From Verrucomicrobiia bacterium (GTDB lineage Bacteria; Verrucomicrobiota; Verrucomicrobiia; Limisphaerales; UBA1319): a stretch of 64,000 nt of DNA. The notes under the pieces were generated by a model. That model made no database searches and had not been told where the DNA came from. It saw only the letters and a list, made by a program, of their open reading frames with translations. The stretch's first letter is position 1. Each line of letters begins with the position of its first letter. The stretch lies in the NCBI GenBank assembly GCA_963664225.1, contig OY760937.1, positions 1-64,000 of the forward strand, given 5' to 3'. The translations under genes were made by a program, and so were the position numbers. Of the stretch, positions 51,698 through 61,121 are shown in pieces.

Positions 51698-53719
51698 TCA
51701 TTTCAACGCGGCGATGGCGGCGTCGAGTTGAGTGCGACTGCCGAGGAGCAGAATCTTGTCGCCGGATTGCAATTCCTCATCGGGACCGGGATTGACGATG
51801 CTTTGGCCCTTTCTCTCGATGGCGACAATGCTCGCGCCCGTCTGGGTGCGGAGCTGGAGTTCGTGAATGAGTCTGCCTGCGGCGCGGGATTGGCCGCCAA
51901 TTTCCACGGTCTCCAGATCGGCGTTTCGCAACAGCGGCGGAAGCGCGGGAGCCAGGAGGTTGGGATTGACCGGCGGGGGCTGGGTGAGCGTTTCCTGCAG
52001 AGCGGCCTGGGCCTTGGAATAAACCCGGATGAACGAGCGTCGCAGGAGCCAGGCAATGAGCCCGACGAGCACCATCAGAGTGAGCAAGACTCTAAAGGTG
52101 GGCAACAGGGTGGAAGTTAGCGCGAGCACATAAAAACCCAGGACCGCTGTTCCGACGATGCCGATCACCTGCGCGACAATGGACCGGATGGCGGCGGTGC
52201 GTTCACCGGCTGCGGCCTCGGTGACACGTATTTCCGCAATCAACATTCCCAGGGCCTGGAGCTTGCGCGAGGTGGCAATGAACAGCGGGAGCGAGAAAAT
52301 GACCGCTATAAACCAGAGCACGCTTTTCAGACCCACGGTGCTGAACCCCAACTTGGTGAGCCACAAAGGAGGGTTTTGGCCAACATACACTGCGGCGATG
52401 AAAATGCCGGTCATGAGCGCGATATTGAGCGCCATTTGAAGAGCCCAGAGGCGCATCAGTTTGGTGGCCAGATTCGAGCTTTTTCCTGTGCCAAGCTGCC
52501 CAATCCATTGCGTGTAAAGGGACATGGAGTGGGTGAGCCAGCGCGGCGCCATACGGTCGAACTGAAGCACCGCGCCATCCGCGCTTCGGATCAGGTAAGG
52601 GGTAAGCAGGGTGGTGATGGCGGATACCGCGACCGCGATGGGATAAAGAAAGGTGCTGGTGACATTGAGCGTGACTCCGAGCGAGGCGATGATGAACGAA
52701 AACTCGCCGATTTGCGCCACGCTCATGCCCACGCGCAGAGAAGATTCCCGATCGTAGCCGCCCAGGAAGGTTCCGGTGGCGCAGGTGATCACCTTGAAGA
52801 AAATGACCGCCAGGGTGATGACCACCACGGGCAGCCAATGGACCACGAGCATTTTCGGGTCGATCAACAAACCGATGGCCACAAAGAAAATGGCGCTGAA
52901 CATGTCGCGCACGGGTTCAATCAGCGTTTCGATGCGATGTATCTCACGCGCCTCGGCAATGACCGCGCCAATGATAAACGCGCCCAAGGCAACGCTGTAA
53001 CCGAGTTTCGCCGCCAGCAACGAAACGCCAAAGCAAAGCCCTAGGACGCTAATCAGCAGCATTTCGTTGCTCTTGAATCTGGAGACGTAACCGAGCAATC
53101 GCGGCACTGCAATGAGCCCGGCCACCAGCACCACGATCAGGAAAATGGCCAGCTTGCCAAGGGTCACACCCACGGTTCCCAGGCTCAAGGTTCCAGTCAT
53201 GGCGATGCCCGAGAGCAGGGCGATCATGGCGATGCCCAGAACGTCCTCGATGATCAAGATGCCAAAAATCAGTTGGGCAAATTTGTCCTTGGTGCGGCCC
53301 ATTTCCGTGAGGACCTTGATGATGACCGTGGTGGAGGACATGGAAAGCATGGCGCCGAGAAAGAGGCTGTCCGTGGTGCTCCAGCCAAAAAAGCGGCCCA
53401 ATTCGTAGCCGACCCAGCCCATGCCCAGTATTTCCATTGACGCGGCAATCACGGCCGTGCCGCCCACTTTTTTGAGCTTGCGCAGGCTGAATTCCAACCC
53501 GAGCGAAAACATCAGGAGAATGACGCCGATTTCAGCGAGGGTATTGATGCTTTCCTCGCTGGTGATCATCGAAAAGGGCGGCGTGTGCGGGCCCACGATG
53601 AAGCCCGCCAGAATATAACCGAGTACCACCGGCTGCTTGAACCGATGGAAGAGGATCGTCACCAGACCGGCGACAATCATCACCACTGCCAAATCCTGTA
53701 AAAAGGCGATTGGATGCAT
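51698..53719 (-). CDS. CPA2 cation:proton antiporter with C-terminal TrkA-C/RCK domain
   Basis: QPVVLGYILAG, LGLEFS, SSTTV, ILIIED, QIGEFSF, IVNPGPDEELQSGD. Confidence 0.9.
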   Translation of the reverse strand: MHPIAFLQDLAVVMIVAGLVTILFHRFKQPVVLGYILAGFIVGPHTPPFSMITSEESINTLAEIGVILLMFSLGLEFSLRKLKKVGGTAVIAASMEILGMGWVGYELGRFFGWSTTDSLFLGAMLSMSSTTVIIKVLTEMGRTKDKFAQLIFGILIIEDVLGIAMIALLSGIAMTGTLSLGTVGVTLGKLAIFLIVVLVAGLIAVPRLLGYVSRFKSNEMLLISVLGLCFGVSLLAAKLGYSVALGAFIIGAVIAEAREIHRIETLIEPVRDMFSAIFFVAIGLLIDPKMLVVHWLPVVVITLAVIFFKVITCATGTFLGGYDRESSLRVGMSVAQIGEFSFIIASLGVTLNVTSTFLYPIAVAVSAITTLLTPYLIRSADGAVLQFDRMAPRWLTHSMSLYTQWIGQLGTGKSSNLATKLMRLWALQMALNIALMTGIFIAAVYVGQNPPLWLTKLGFSTVGLKSVLWFIAVIFSLPLFIATSRKLQALGMLIAEIRVTEAAAGERTAAIRSIVAQVIGIVGTAVLGFYVLALTSTLLPTFRVLLTLMVLVGLIAWLLRRSFIRVYSKAQAALQETLTQPPPVNPNLLAPALPPLLRNADLETVEIGGQSRAAGRLIHELQLRTQTGASIVAIERKGQSIVNPGPDEELQSGDKILLLGSRTQLDAAIAALK

Positions 53720-54000
53720 TTATGTTATGGATCGACTTCCAGCGGCACGACCCGCGCGAACGTTTTGTCCCGAGCTATTTTAGCCGAAAGCGCGCAGAAT
53801 CCAAAACTTGTTTCCGCGATACGGAGGATTTTCAATGAAATCGTGGAGACCGAAAAGGGAGTTTGAACATGGATGGGAAGGGTGGACGGGATTCTTAACG
53901 ATGGATTCACTGATAATGGGGGCGCTGGAGTGGGAGAATCGCCTGGTGGGTGGCTTGGAGATTGGTTGCTTTGATTTTGGTCCTGTGTTTGAGTCGATTC

Positions 54001-54732
54001 GTGACCGGAACGATTATTAACGTGGCGCTTATTTTTTTGGGAGGCGGGATTGGCCTGACCACGCGTCCGATTTCCCCGTCCAGTCAGAAGGCGTTGCGGA
54101 ACCTTCTGGGCGTGTTCACGATTTATGTGGGGTTGAGCATGGCTTGGGGCGGGGTCAATGGCCACTTCCTGGCGGTGCTCAAGCAGATGTCCATCGCCAT
54201 GCTCGCTTTGATGTTCGGGAATTTGACGGGGCATCTGATCGGGCTGCAAAAGGGGTTGAACCGGCTGGGGCAGTATGCGCGGCGCCAAATGGAGCAATTG
54301 GAGCGATTGGACCCATCGCAAAAGGGCAGCAGCAAGGTGGCCGAGGGATTCATCACCTGCACCATCCTTTTTTGCGTGGGGCCGATGGCGATCCTGGGCG
54401 CGTTGCAGGATGGTTTGCTGCATAATCCGAAAACCCTGGTTCTAAAGGGTTGCCTGGACGGCCTGGCCACCATGGCGTTCGTAAAAACTTTTGGACCTGG
54501 TGTTATGCTGGCGGCCATACCCGTGCTGGCCTATCAAGGGTCGATCACTTTACTTTCCCAGTTTTTGGAACCGATTTTCCGCGACCAGGCGCTGCTGGAT
54601 TCGGTGGGTGCGGTTGGCGGCTTGATGGTCTGTTTTGTGGCGCTGGTGATCTTCGAGTTTCGCAAGATCCGGCTCGCCGATTATCTGCCCAGCCTGATTT
54701 ACGCCCCCTTGCTGACCTGGTGGTGGCGTTAG
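54001..54732 (+). CDS. DUF554 family membrane protein
   Basis: GTIINV, GFIT..ILFCVGPMAILGALQDG, K..LDG, YQG. Confidence 0.85.
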   Translation: MTGTIINVALIFLGGGIGLTTRPISPSSQKALRNLLGVFTIYVGLSMAWGGVNGHFLAVLKQMSIAMLALMFGNLTGHLIGLQKGLNRLGQYARRQMEQLERLDPSQKGSSKVAEGFITCTILFCVGPMAILGALQDGLLHNPKTLVLKGCLDGLATMAFVKTFGPGVMLAAIPVLAYQGSITLLSQFLEPIFRDQALLDSVGAVGGLMVCFVALVIFEFRKIRLADYLPSLIYAPLLTWWWR

Positions 54733-54815
54733 GATGGAGTTTTTTACTAAGTCTGGACTCGGATTTGACGGGAGCCTATACAACAGGATCAAGGTTTAAC
54801 AAACGGGATTATGCG

Positions 54816-55925
54816 ATGAGCGAACGAATTGGTATTTTAACCGGCGGCGGGGATTGTCCAGGACTTAACGCGGTCATCCGCTCGGTGGGCAAGTGCGCGA
54901 GCCAGTTGGGATGGGAAACGCTCGGTTTTCTGGGTGGCTTCGAAGGCTTGCTCGATCCGGTTCATTTCCATGTGCTCGATTATCACAACATGGACGGCTT
55001 GCTCCTGCGGGGCGGAACGATCCTTGGCACTTCGAATAAAGGTCATTTCGCGGCCAAGACCGGCCAGGGCCAGGTGAACCAGATTCCTAAGGAAATCATC
55101 GATGCCACGCTTTCGAATTTCAAGCTGTTGGGACTCAAGGCTTTGGTTGTTGTTGGCGGCGATGGTTCGCTGACCATTGCGCAACAGTTGTTCGAGGCGG
55201 GCATGCCGGTTGTGGGTGTGCCCAAAACCATCGATAACGATCTGGAAGCCACGGTGTTCACATTTGGGTTCGATTCCGCCGTGGCTTGCGCCACAGACGC
55301 ATTGGATCGGCTCCACACCACGGCCGAGAGTCATAACCGGGTGATCGTGCTGGAGGTCATGGGTCGTTACGCGGGCTGGATCGCCCTGCACTCGGGCATT
55401 GCGGGCGGCGGTGATGTCATTCTGATCCCGGAAATACCGTTCAACTACGGGGGCATCTGCACCAAGATCGCCGAGCGGGAGGCGCAAGGAAAACATTTCA
55501 CCCTGGTGGTTGTGGCGGAGGGCGCCCGCGAGGAGGGCGGCCAATACATCACGTCCGGGGCGCAGGAATCCAACCGCGAGGCGCGTCTGGGCGGCATCGG
55601 CGCGCGGGTGGCGGCGGAAATCGAGCGGCGCACGTCCAAGGAAACCCGGGTTTGCGTGCTGGGACATCTGCAGCGGGGCGGGGGGCCAACCACGTTCGAC
55701 CGCATCATTTGCACCTGTTTCGGAGCCAAAGCGGTTCAGTTGATTGCCGAAGAAAAGTTCGGTTACATGGTGGCCTTGCGTCCGCCCGATACCGTCGCCG
55801 TCAAGATCACCGAAGCGGTGGGTCGGTTGCGCACGGTGCCTGTGGATGGGGATATGGTGCGCGCGGCACGGTCACTGGGGATTTGCTTTGGCGACGAGCG
55901 ACTTCCAAATCGGGCGCGGCCCTGA
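54816..55925 (+). CDS. pfkA: 6-phosphofructokinase
   Basis: ILTGGGDCPGLNAVIR, GGTILGTS, GGDGS, PKTIDND, EVMGR, LGHLQRGG. Confidence 0.93.
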   Translation: MSERIGILTGGGDCPGLNAVIRSVGKCASQLGWETLGFLGGFEGLLDPVHFHVLDYHNMDGLLLRGGTILGTSNKGHFAAKTGQGQVNQIPKEIIDATLSNFKLLGLKALVVVGGDGSLTIAQQLFEAGMPVVGVPKTIDNDLEATVFTFGFDSAVACATDALDRLHTTAESHNRVIVLEVMGRYAGWIALHSGIAGGGDVILIPEIPFNYGGICTKIAEREAQGKHFTLVVVAEGAREEGGQYITSGAQESNREARLGGIGARVAAEIERRTSKETRVCVLGHLQRGGGPTTFDRIICTCFGAKAVQLIAEEKFGYMVALRPPDTVAVKITEAVGRLRTVPVDGDMVRAARSLGICFGDERLPNRARP

Positions 55926-56359
55926 CGGCCAACGGCTTCAATCGTCACGTTCACGCACAATGCTGCAAAATCACGCGATGCACCATTACAGCAGCATGCA
56001 GACGCTTTTCCAGGGCATCGTGTCAGGGAGCTTTCTGTGTTTATTTCCCTCATGAAACGCCCGTTTTTTTTACCCTTGAATAGGGATTTTCCGGTGGATT
56101 CCGCGCGTCACTGCAAGAGATGAACGACGACGCTGGTGGTAACGGGTTGGGGCTGTTTCTTAAAAAGAGACCGATTGGTCTGATTATTGCTTAACACAAT
56201 GAACCAATGCCCCTCCATCAAATAAGCGCATTTAGCCTTTGCGTGGAGCGTGGATTGTTGCTACTGCTAGAGATCTGATTTCGTGGTGGCAGCAAAGGGC
56301 AGGGGATGCGATGGCGAATTGCCACAAATTCTGTCGAAGATTGTCAGTGCGATAGTGAT

Positions 56360-57364
56360 ATGGGTCGTAAAGAAAAGAAACCAGCGATTGACCGCCAGTC
56401 AACCTCCGTTGTCACGGGGGGCGCCGGTTTTCTAGGGTCGCATCTGGTGGATTATCTGCTGGCCAAGGGGCACAAAGTCATTGCGATTGACAACTTTGTG
56501 ACCGGCAGCGTCGATAATATTGCCCATCATGGGGGAAATCCGAATTTCAAATTCATCCAGCAGGACGTGACCGAGTTTGTGTTCCTGGATGTGCCGGTCG
56601 ATTACGTCTGGCACTTTGCCTCCCCAGCCAGTCCGGTGGATTACCTGGAATTACCGATTCAAACGCTCAAAGTCGGTTCGCTGGGCACGCACAAAGCCTT
56701 GGGATTGGCCAAAAACAAGGGGGCGCGGTTTTTGCTGGCCTCGACTTCGGAGATTTACGGGGATCCATTGGTGCATCCCCAGACCGAGAGTTACTGGGGC
56801 AATGTCAATACCATCGGGCCGCGGGGTTGTTACGATGAGGCCAAGCGGTTTGCCGAGGCCTTGACCATGGCTTACCACCGCGAGCATGGGATCGCCACAC
56901 GGATCGTGCGAATTTTTAATACTTACGGGCCCCGGATGCGCGTCAATGACGGACGGGTGGTGCCCGCTTTTGTGAGCCAGGCTTTGCGCAATTCCCCGAT
57001 CACGGTTTTTGGTCCCGGGACGCAAACGCGGTGCTTCTGTTTTTACTCGGATTTGATCGAGGGGATCTACCGATTGATGATGAGCGAGGTGTCCGAACCG
57101 GTGAATTTGGGAAATCCGGAAGAATACACGATGTTAAATTTTGCGCGCGAGATCATCCGGGCCACGGGATCGCGAAGCCGGATCGTGCACAAGGCGTTGC
57201 CTCAGGATGATCCAAGACAGCGGCGTCCAGATATCTCCCGTGCGCGCAAGGAGTTGCGATGGGCACCAGAAGTTCCGTTGGCGGAAGGACTGGAGCGGAC
57301 CATCCCTTATTTTAAGGGGAAGGTTCTGGGTAAATTGACGAAGCGGGGAGGAATTAATTCATGA
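56360..57364 (+). CDS. UDP-glucuronic acid decarboxylase family (extended SDR)
   Basis: [51 protein letters not shown]. Confidence 0.92.
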   Translation: MGRKEKKPAIDRQSTSVVTGGAGFLGSHLVDYLLAKGHKVIAIDNFVTGSVDNIAHHGGNPNFKFIQQDVTEFVFLDVPVDYVWHFASPASPVDYLELPIQTLKVGSLGTHKALGLAKNKGARFLLASTSEIYGDPLVHPQTESYWGNVNTIGPRGCYDEAKRFAEALTMAYHREHGIATRIVRIFNTYGPRMRVNDGRVVPAFVSQALRNSPITVFGPGTQTRCFCFYSDLIEGIYRLMMSEVSEPVNLGNPEEYTMLNFAREIIRATGSRSRIVHKALPQDDPRQRRPDISRARKELRWAPEVPLAEGLERTIPYFKGKVLGKLTKRGGINS

Positions 57365-57495
57365 AAAGGGAACTTTTCTGTTTGACCCTGTCACCGATTT
57401 TCGATAACCACATTCGCCGCTTCACAAGAGAAAATGCCGATAGATCGGTTGGTGCTTGGTCGTGGCGAAAATTTTGTGCCGGATGGGACAAGTAA

Positions 57496-59355
57496 ATGTT
57501 AAAGTCGAAATCATTTTTAGGCCTAGATTTTGGGGCGGGCAGCCTCAAAGCCGGTGAGTTTGAACTGACCGAGGCCGGCGGCTTGTGCCTGAAGAATTTC
57601 GGGGTGATCCCGCTGGGCCTTGAAGGGTCGCAGGATAACCTGCGTGAAGGGGTGTTGATCAAGGCCTTGCAGGAGCTGGCTGCGAAGAAGGGTTTCAGCT
57701 CCAAAAACATCAATGCCTGCGCGCCCGGGTTTCAGGTGTTTTCGAAGTACGTAAAGCTGCCGCCGGTGGATACGTCCAAGGTCACCCAGATCATCCAGTA
57801 CGAGGCTCAGCAGAACGTTCCATTCCCCTTGGAAGAGGTTGTTTGGGATTATCAGATTGCGGGAACGCTGCCCAGCGGCGAGCTGGAAGTCTTCCTGGTG
57901 GCGATCAAGTCCGATCTTGTAGAGGGGTTGTTTAAAGTGGCTGAGAGCGGCGGTTTCAGGCTCCAGTTGGTGGACGCCTCGCCGGCGGCGTTGGTGAACG
58001 CATTTCGTTATAATTACGCGGATTTGGACGGTTGCAGCATGTTGCTGGACATCGGCGCCAAGACCAGCAACGCCTTGTTCTTCGAGAAAAACAAATCGAG
58101 TTCGCGCGGAATCAATATTGGAGCCAACTCCATCACGCAGGATTTTGCGGCGGAGGCCAAGATGCCCTTTACCAAGGCCGAGGCGTTTAAGATTGCCGAG
58201 GGATTTGTAAGTCTTGGCGGCGCTTATGAAGAGCCTGAGAATCCGCAGCAGGCCCAGATCTCGAAGATCGCGCGGCAGGTGATGACCCGCCTGCACATTC
58301 AGGTCAATCAGACCATTCAATTTTATCGGGGTCAGCAGGGTGGTTCGGCCCCGCAGCGGCTTTTTTTGGCGGGCGGTGCATCGCTGATGCCTTATACGGC
58401 CCAGTTTTTCTCGGAAAAGCTCAATATTCCGGTGGAATATTTCAATCCATTGCGCAACGTCCAGATCGATCCGGCGGTGAATCTGGAGGAGTTGGCGCGT
58501 GTGGCTCATTGCATGGGTGAAGTGGTGGGATTGGGACTGCGCAATCTGGCGCAATGCCCGATTGAGTTGAACCTGCTGCCCAAGACCATTCGCAAACGCC
58601 AGCAGTTCAACCAGAAGAAACCGTATTTCGTGGCCACGGTTTTGAGCACCGCGCTTGGGCTGGCGGCCATGGGCTGGTTTTACGATTCGCGGGTCGTCAC
58701 GCCCAAGAACGAGGCGGCGGCCCAGATTCAGGCGCAAATCGCGCCGTTGCAGCAGTTGTGGGATAACTCCATCAGCCCTGCAATGACGAAGATCGACACG
58801 CTCAAGAAAGAGGCCGATCAGGTTTCCGATTGGACAAACGATCGCGTTTATTGGATCAAAATCATCACCGAGTTGCGCAACTCCCTCATTGAGGCCGAGA
58901 CCAAAACAGAGATGGTTTTCAAGGATTCAGGCCTTAAGTCCGGTGTCTGGGTTGAAAGAATGCTTCCAGATGTACCCGGGGCGGATGAGGAGGGAATGCC
59001 GCAAGCCACAACGGCGACACGGGGTCGATTTGGCGGGATGGACGCGGCGATGCTGAAACGCTATGGCCTGGCGGCACCGGCGGCCGCCGGACCTGAAGAT
59101 GCGCCCAAGGCGGCCAAATCGACCAATGAGATCGACACGGTCAATTTGACTTGCGCGGCGGTTAACTTGAAGAAGTTTTCCCCCACGGCCAATCGTGTCC
59201 TGATCGACGCCCTGCAGGACAGCCTGCAGTCACGCACCAATCTATTCGTTCCTGCGGAAACAAAGACCGGCGCGACCTTTACCGAGCCGGATGCCGAAGC
59301 TTCAACCTTTTATTTTGAATTTAAGCTCAAGTTAAGGCGGCCCATAAAAATCTGA
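57496..59355 (+). CDS. pilM: type IV pilus assembly protein PilM with PilN-like C-terminal extension
   Basis: LGLDFGA, YEAQQNVPFP, LDIGAKT, LAGGAS, GLGLR; then LNLLP + TM + periplasmic region. Confidence 0.85.
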   Translation: MLKSKSFLGLDFGAGSLKAGEFELTEAGGLCLKNFGVIPLGLEGSQDNLREGVLIKALQELAAKKGFSSKNINACAPGFQVFSKYVKLPPVDTSKVTQIIQYEAQQNVPFPLEEVVWDYQIAGTLPSGELEVFLVAIKSDLVEGLFKVAESGGFRLQLVDASPAALVNAFRYNYADLDGCSMLLDIGAKTSNALFFEKNKSSSRGINIGANSITQDFAAEAKMPFTKAEAFKIAEGFVSLGGAYEEPENPQQAQISKIARQVMTRLHIQVNQTIQFYRGQQGGSAPQRLFLAGGASLMPYTAQFFSEKLNIPVEYFNPLRNVQIDPAVNLEELARVAHCMGEVVGLGLRNLAQCPIELNLLPKTIRKRQQFNQKKPYFVATVLSTALGLAAMGWFYDSRVVTPKNEAAAQIQAQIAPLQQLWDNSISPAMTKIDTLKKEADQVSDWTNDRVYWIKIITELRNSLIEAETKTEMVFKDSGLKSGVWVERMLPDVPGADEEGMPQATTATRGRFGGMDAAMLKRYGLAAPAAAGPEDAPKAAKSTNEIDTVNLTCAAVNLKKFSPTANRVLIDALQDSLQSRTNLFVPAETKTGATFTEPDAEASTFYFEFKLKLRRPIKI

Positions 59356-59356
59356 T

Positions 59357-60328
59357 ATGCAATGGATTAAAAGCAATCTGATCCTGGTGATCAGCATCGT
59401 GGTTTCCCTGGCTTTGATCGGGGGATCTGGATTCTATTTTTATTCCAAGATCAGTTCCGAGCAGGAGGCCGCAGCTCAACTGGCACAGGTGCAGACAACC
59501 TTGCAGGATTACCAAAACAAGATTCCTTCCGCCACGAAAGCCAATGTCGAGGCTGCTCTCGGGGTGCAGAAGCAATTGCTTGAGTTCAAGTCCAAGGCGG
59601 AAAAGTTTTTTCCGGTGTTAAGCACCAACAAATCCGAGCACGTCGATGATTTTGGGCCTTATCTTCTGACATCCTTGTACAACTTGCGCCGCGAAGCGCA
59701 AAGTTCGAGCACCATGCTGCCAACAAATTTTTCCTTCGGTTTTAGCGTGCAACGGGAATTGCTGCAGTTCGACACTCCGAAAATTCCATTGCTGATTCTG
59801 CAGCTCGATGATGTAAAAGCTCTTTGCTCGGTGCTTTATAAAGCCAAAGTGTATGAAATCATGCAGGTTCGCCGGGCCATGACGGCGACCCAGGATACCA
59901 CATCCCAACCCACCCAGCCCCAGGATTATCTGACAAAGCGCACCGTGGTGACCAACGATGTCGTCAATGCGATGATTTCCCCCTACGAGATCATCTTTAA
60001 ATGCGCCAGCACCGAATTGGCTGCGGTGATGGAGGGACTGGCCCATTCTTCGAACGGTTTCATCGTAAAATCGGTGCGGGTTGAGCCGGCCGAAGTCCCT
60101 GGACAGGAGTCGGATGTGTCGAGTCCTACAGGCGAATCAGCGAGCGCGCGCGCAGCGCTGGCTGCACGCTATGGATTGGGACGGGGACGCCGCATGGCCC
60201 AGCCCGGCGGTGTGCCTGCGACTGGAGTTCCCGCGCCCGTCAAAAAGGGTCCCGGGATTGTGCTGATGGAAAAACCGCTTGAAGTCGATATGATGGTGGA
60301 TGCGGTCAAGCTCAGCCCCACAAAGTAA
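59357..60328 (+). CDS. pilus-associated protein (Amuc_1100/PilO-like)
   Basis: N-terminal TM, coiled coil, FSFGF, FIVKSVRV; position after pilM. Confidence 0.65.
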   Translation: MQWIKSNLILVISIVVSLALIGGSGFYFYSKISSEQEAAAQLAQVQTTLQDYQNKIPSATKANVEAALGVQKQLLEFKSKAEKFFPVLSTNKSEHVDDFGPYLLTSLYNLRREAQSSSTMLPTNFSFGFSVQRELLQFDTPKIPLLILQLDDVKALCSVLYKAKVYEIMQVRRAMTATQDTTSQPTQPQDYLTKRTVVTNDVVNAMISPYEIIFKCASTELAAVMEGLAHSSNGFIVKSVRVEPAEVPGQESDVSSPTGESASARAALAARYGLGRGRRMAQPGGVPATGVPAPVKKGPGIVLMEKPLEVDMMVDAVKLSPTK

Positions 60329-60347
60329 TTTTATTTTGCCCAAGCTA

Positions 60348-61112
60348 ATGGAGTTCATAAAAAATCACTACGAGAAGGTGCTGTTGAGCCTGGTTTTGCT
60401 GGGATTGGCGGTCACTGTGGCGTTGCTGCCAACCAAGGTTCAGAGTGTGGATACATCCGCCCAGGGCGGACCTCAAAAACCACTGACTCCAATGGATTTG
60501 CGCACGAATGAAGCGGCCCTGACCAATCTCAGCTCCCTGCCTCAAGTCGTTTTTTCGGGTTCCAACAACGTCTTTAATCCAGTTCAATGGCGGCGCAAAG
60601 CGGACGGCAGTTTGTGGAAGATCATTTCTCCAAACGAGGTTGGTCCGGGCGCGGTGCGCATCACCAAGACCAACAGCCCGCTTTATTTCAGTTTGTCGTT
60701 CGATGGGGTCAATTTGCCCAATTATCAGATTGGGGTGACGCAGGAGACGAACAAAAACGCGAATTTGCGAGGCAAAGTGGCTCGTTACGGCGCGTTAAAC
60801 GAAAAGACGGAATACTTTAAGATTACGAAGATTGTTGGCGCGGTCGAGGCCCCCGACGCGCTGGTGCTTGAGGTGGGAGACCTCAAGGAGCAAGCCACAG
60901 TGAGCAAGGAAAAGCCATATAAGGTGATCGCCGGTTACACGTCCGATCTGGCTTATCCGCCGCAAAACCTGGCGTGGCGTGAAAAAAGGGTGGGGGACAG
61001 TCTGGTTTTTGACGGAGACACAAACAATATCGTTGAAATCACGGCCAACGAGGTTGTATTGTCCGCCAGTTCAGGTAAACGTACCACTATCAAGTATAAC
61101 GCCGCGCCGTAA
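60348..61112 (+). CDS. pilus-cluster protein (Amuc_1099-like)
   Basis: MEFIKNHYEKVLL + TM; lies between the PilO-like gene and the secretin. Confidence 0.6.
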   Translation: MEFIKNHYEKVLLSLVLLGLAVTVALLPTKVQSVDTSAQGGPQKPLTPMDLRTNEAALTNLSSLPQVVFSGSNNVFNPVQWRRKADGSLWKIISPNEVGPGAVRITKTNSPLYFSLSFDGVNLPNYQIGVTQETNKNANLRGKVARYGALNEKTEYFKITKIVGAVEAPDALVLEVGDLKEQATVSKEKPYKVIAGYTSDLAYPPQNLAWREKRVGDSLVFDGDTNNIVEITANEVVLSASSGKRTTIKYNAAP

Positions 61113-61121
61113 TACTATTTT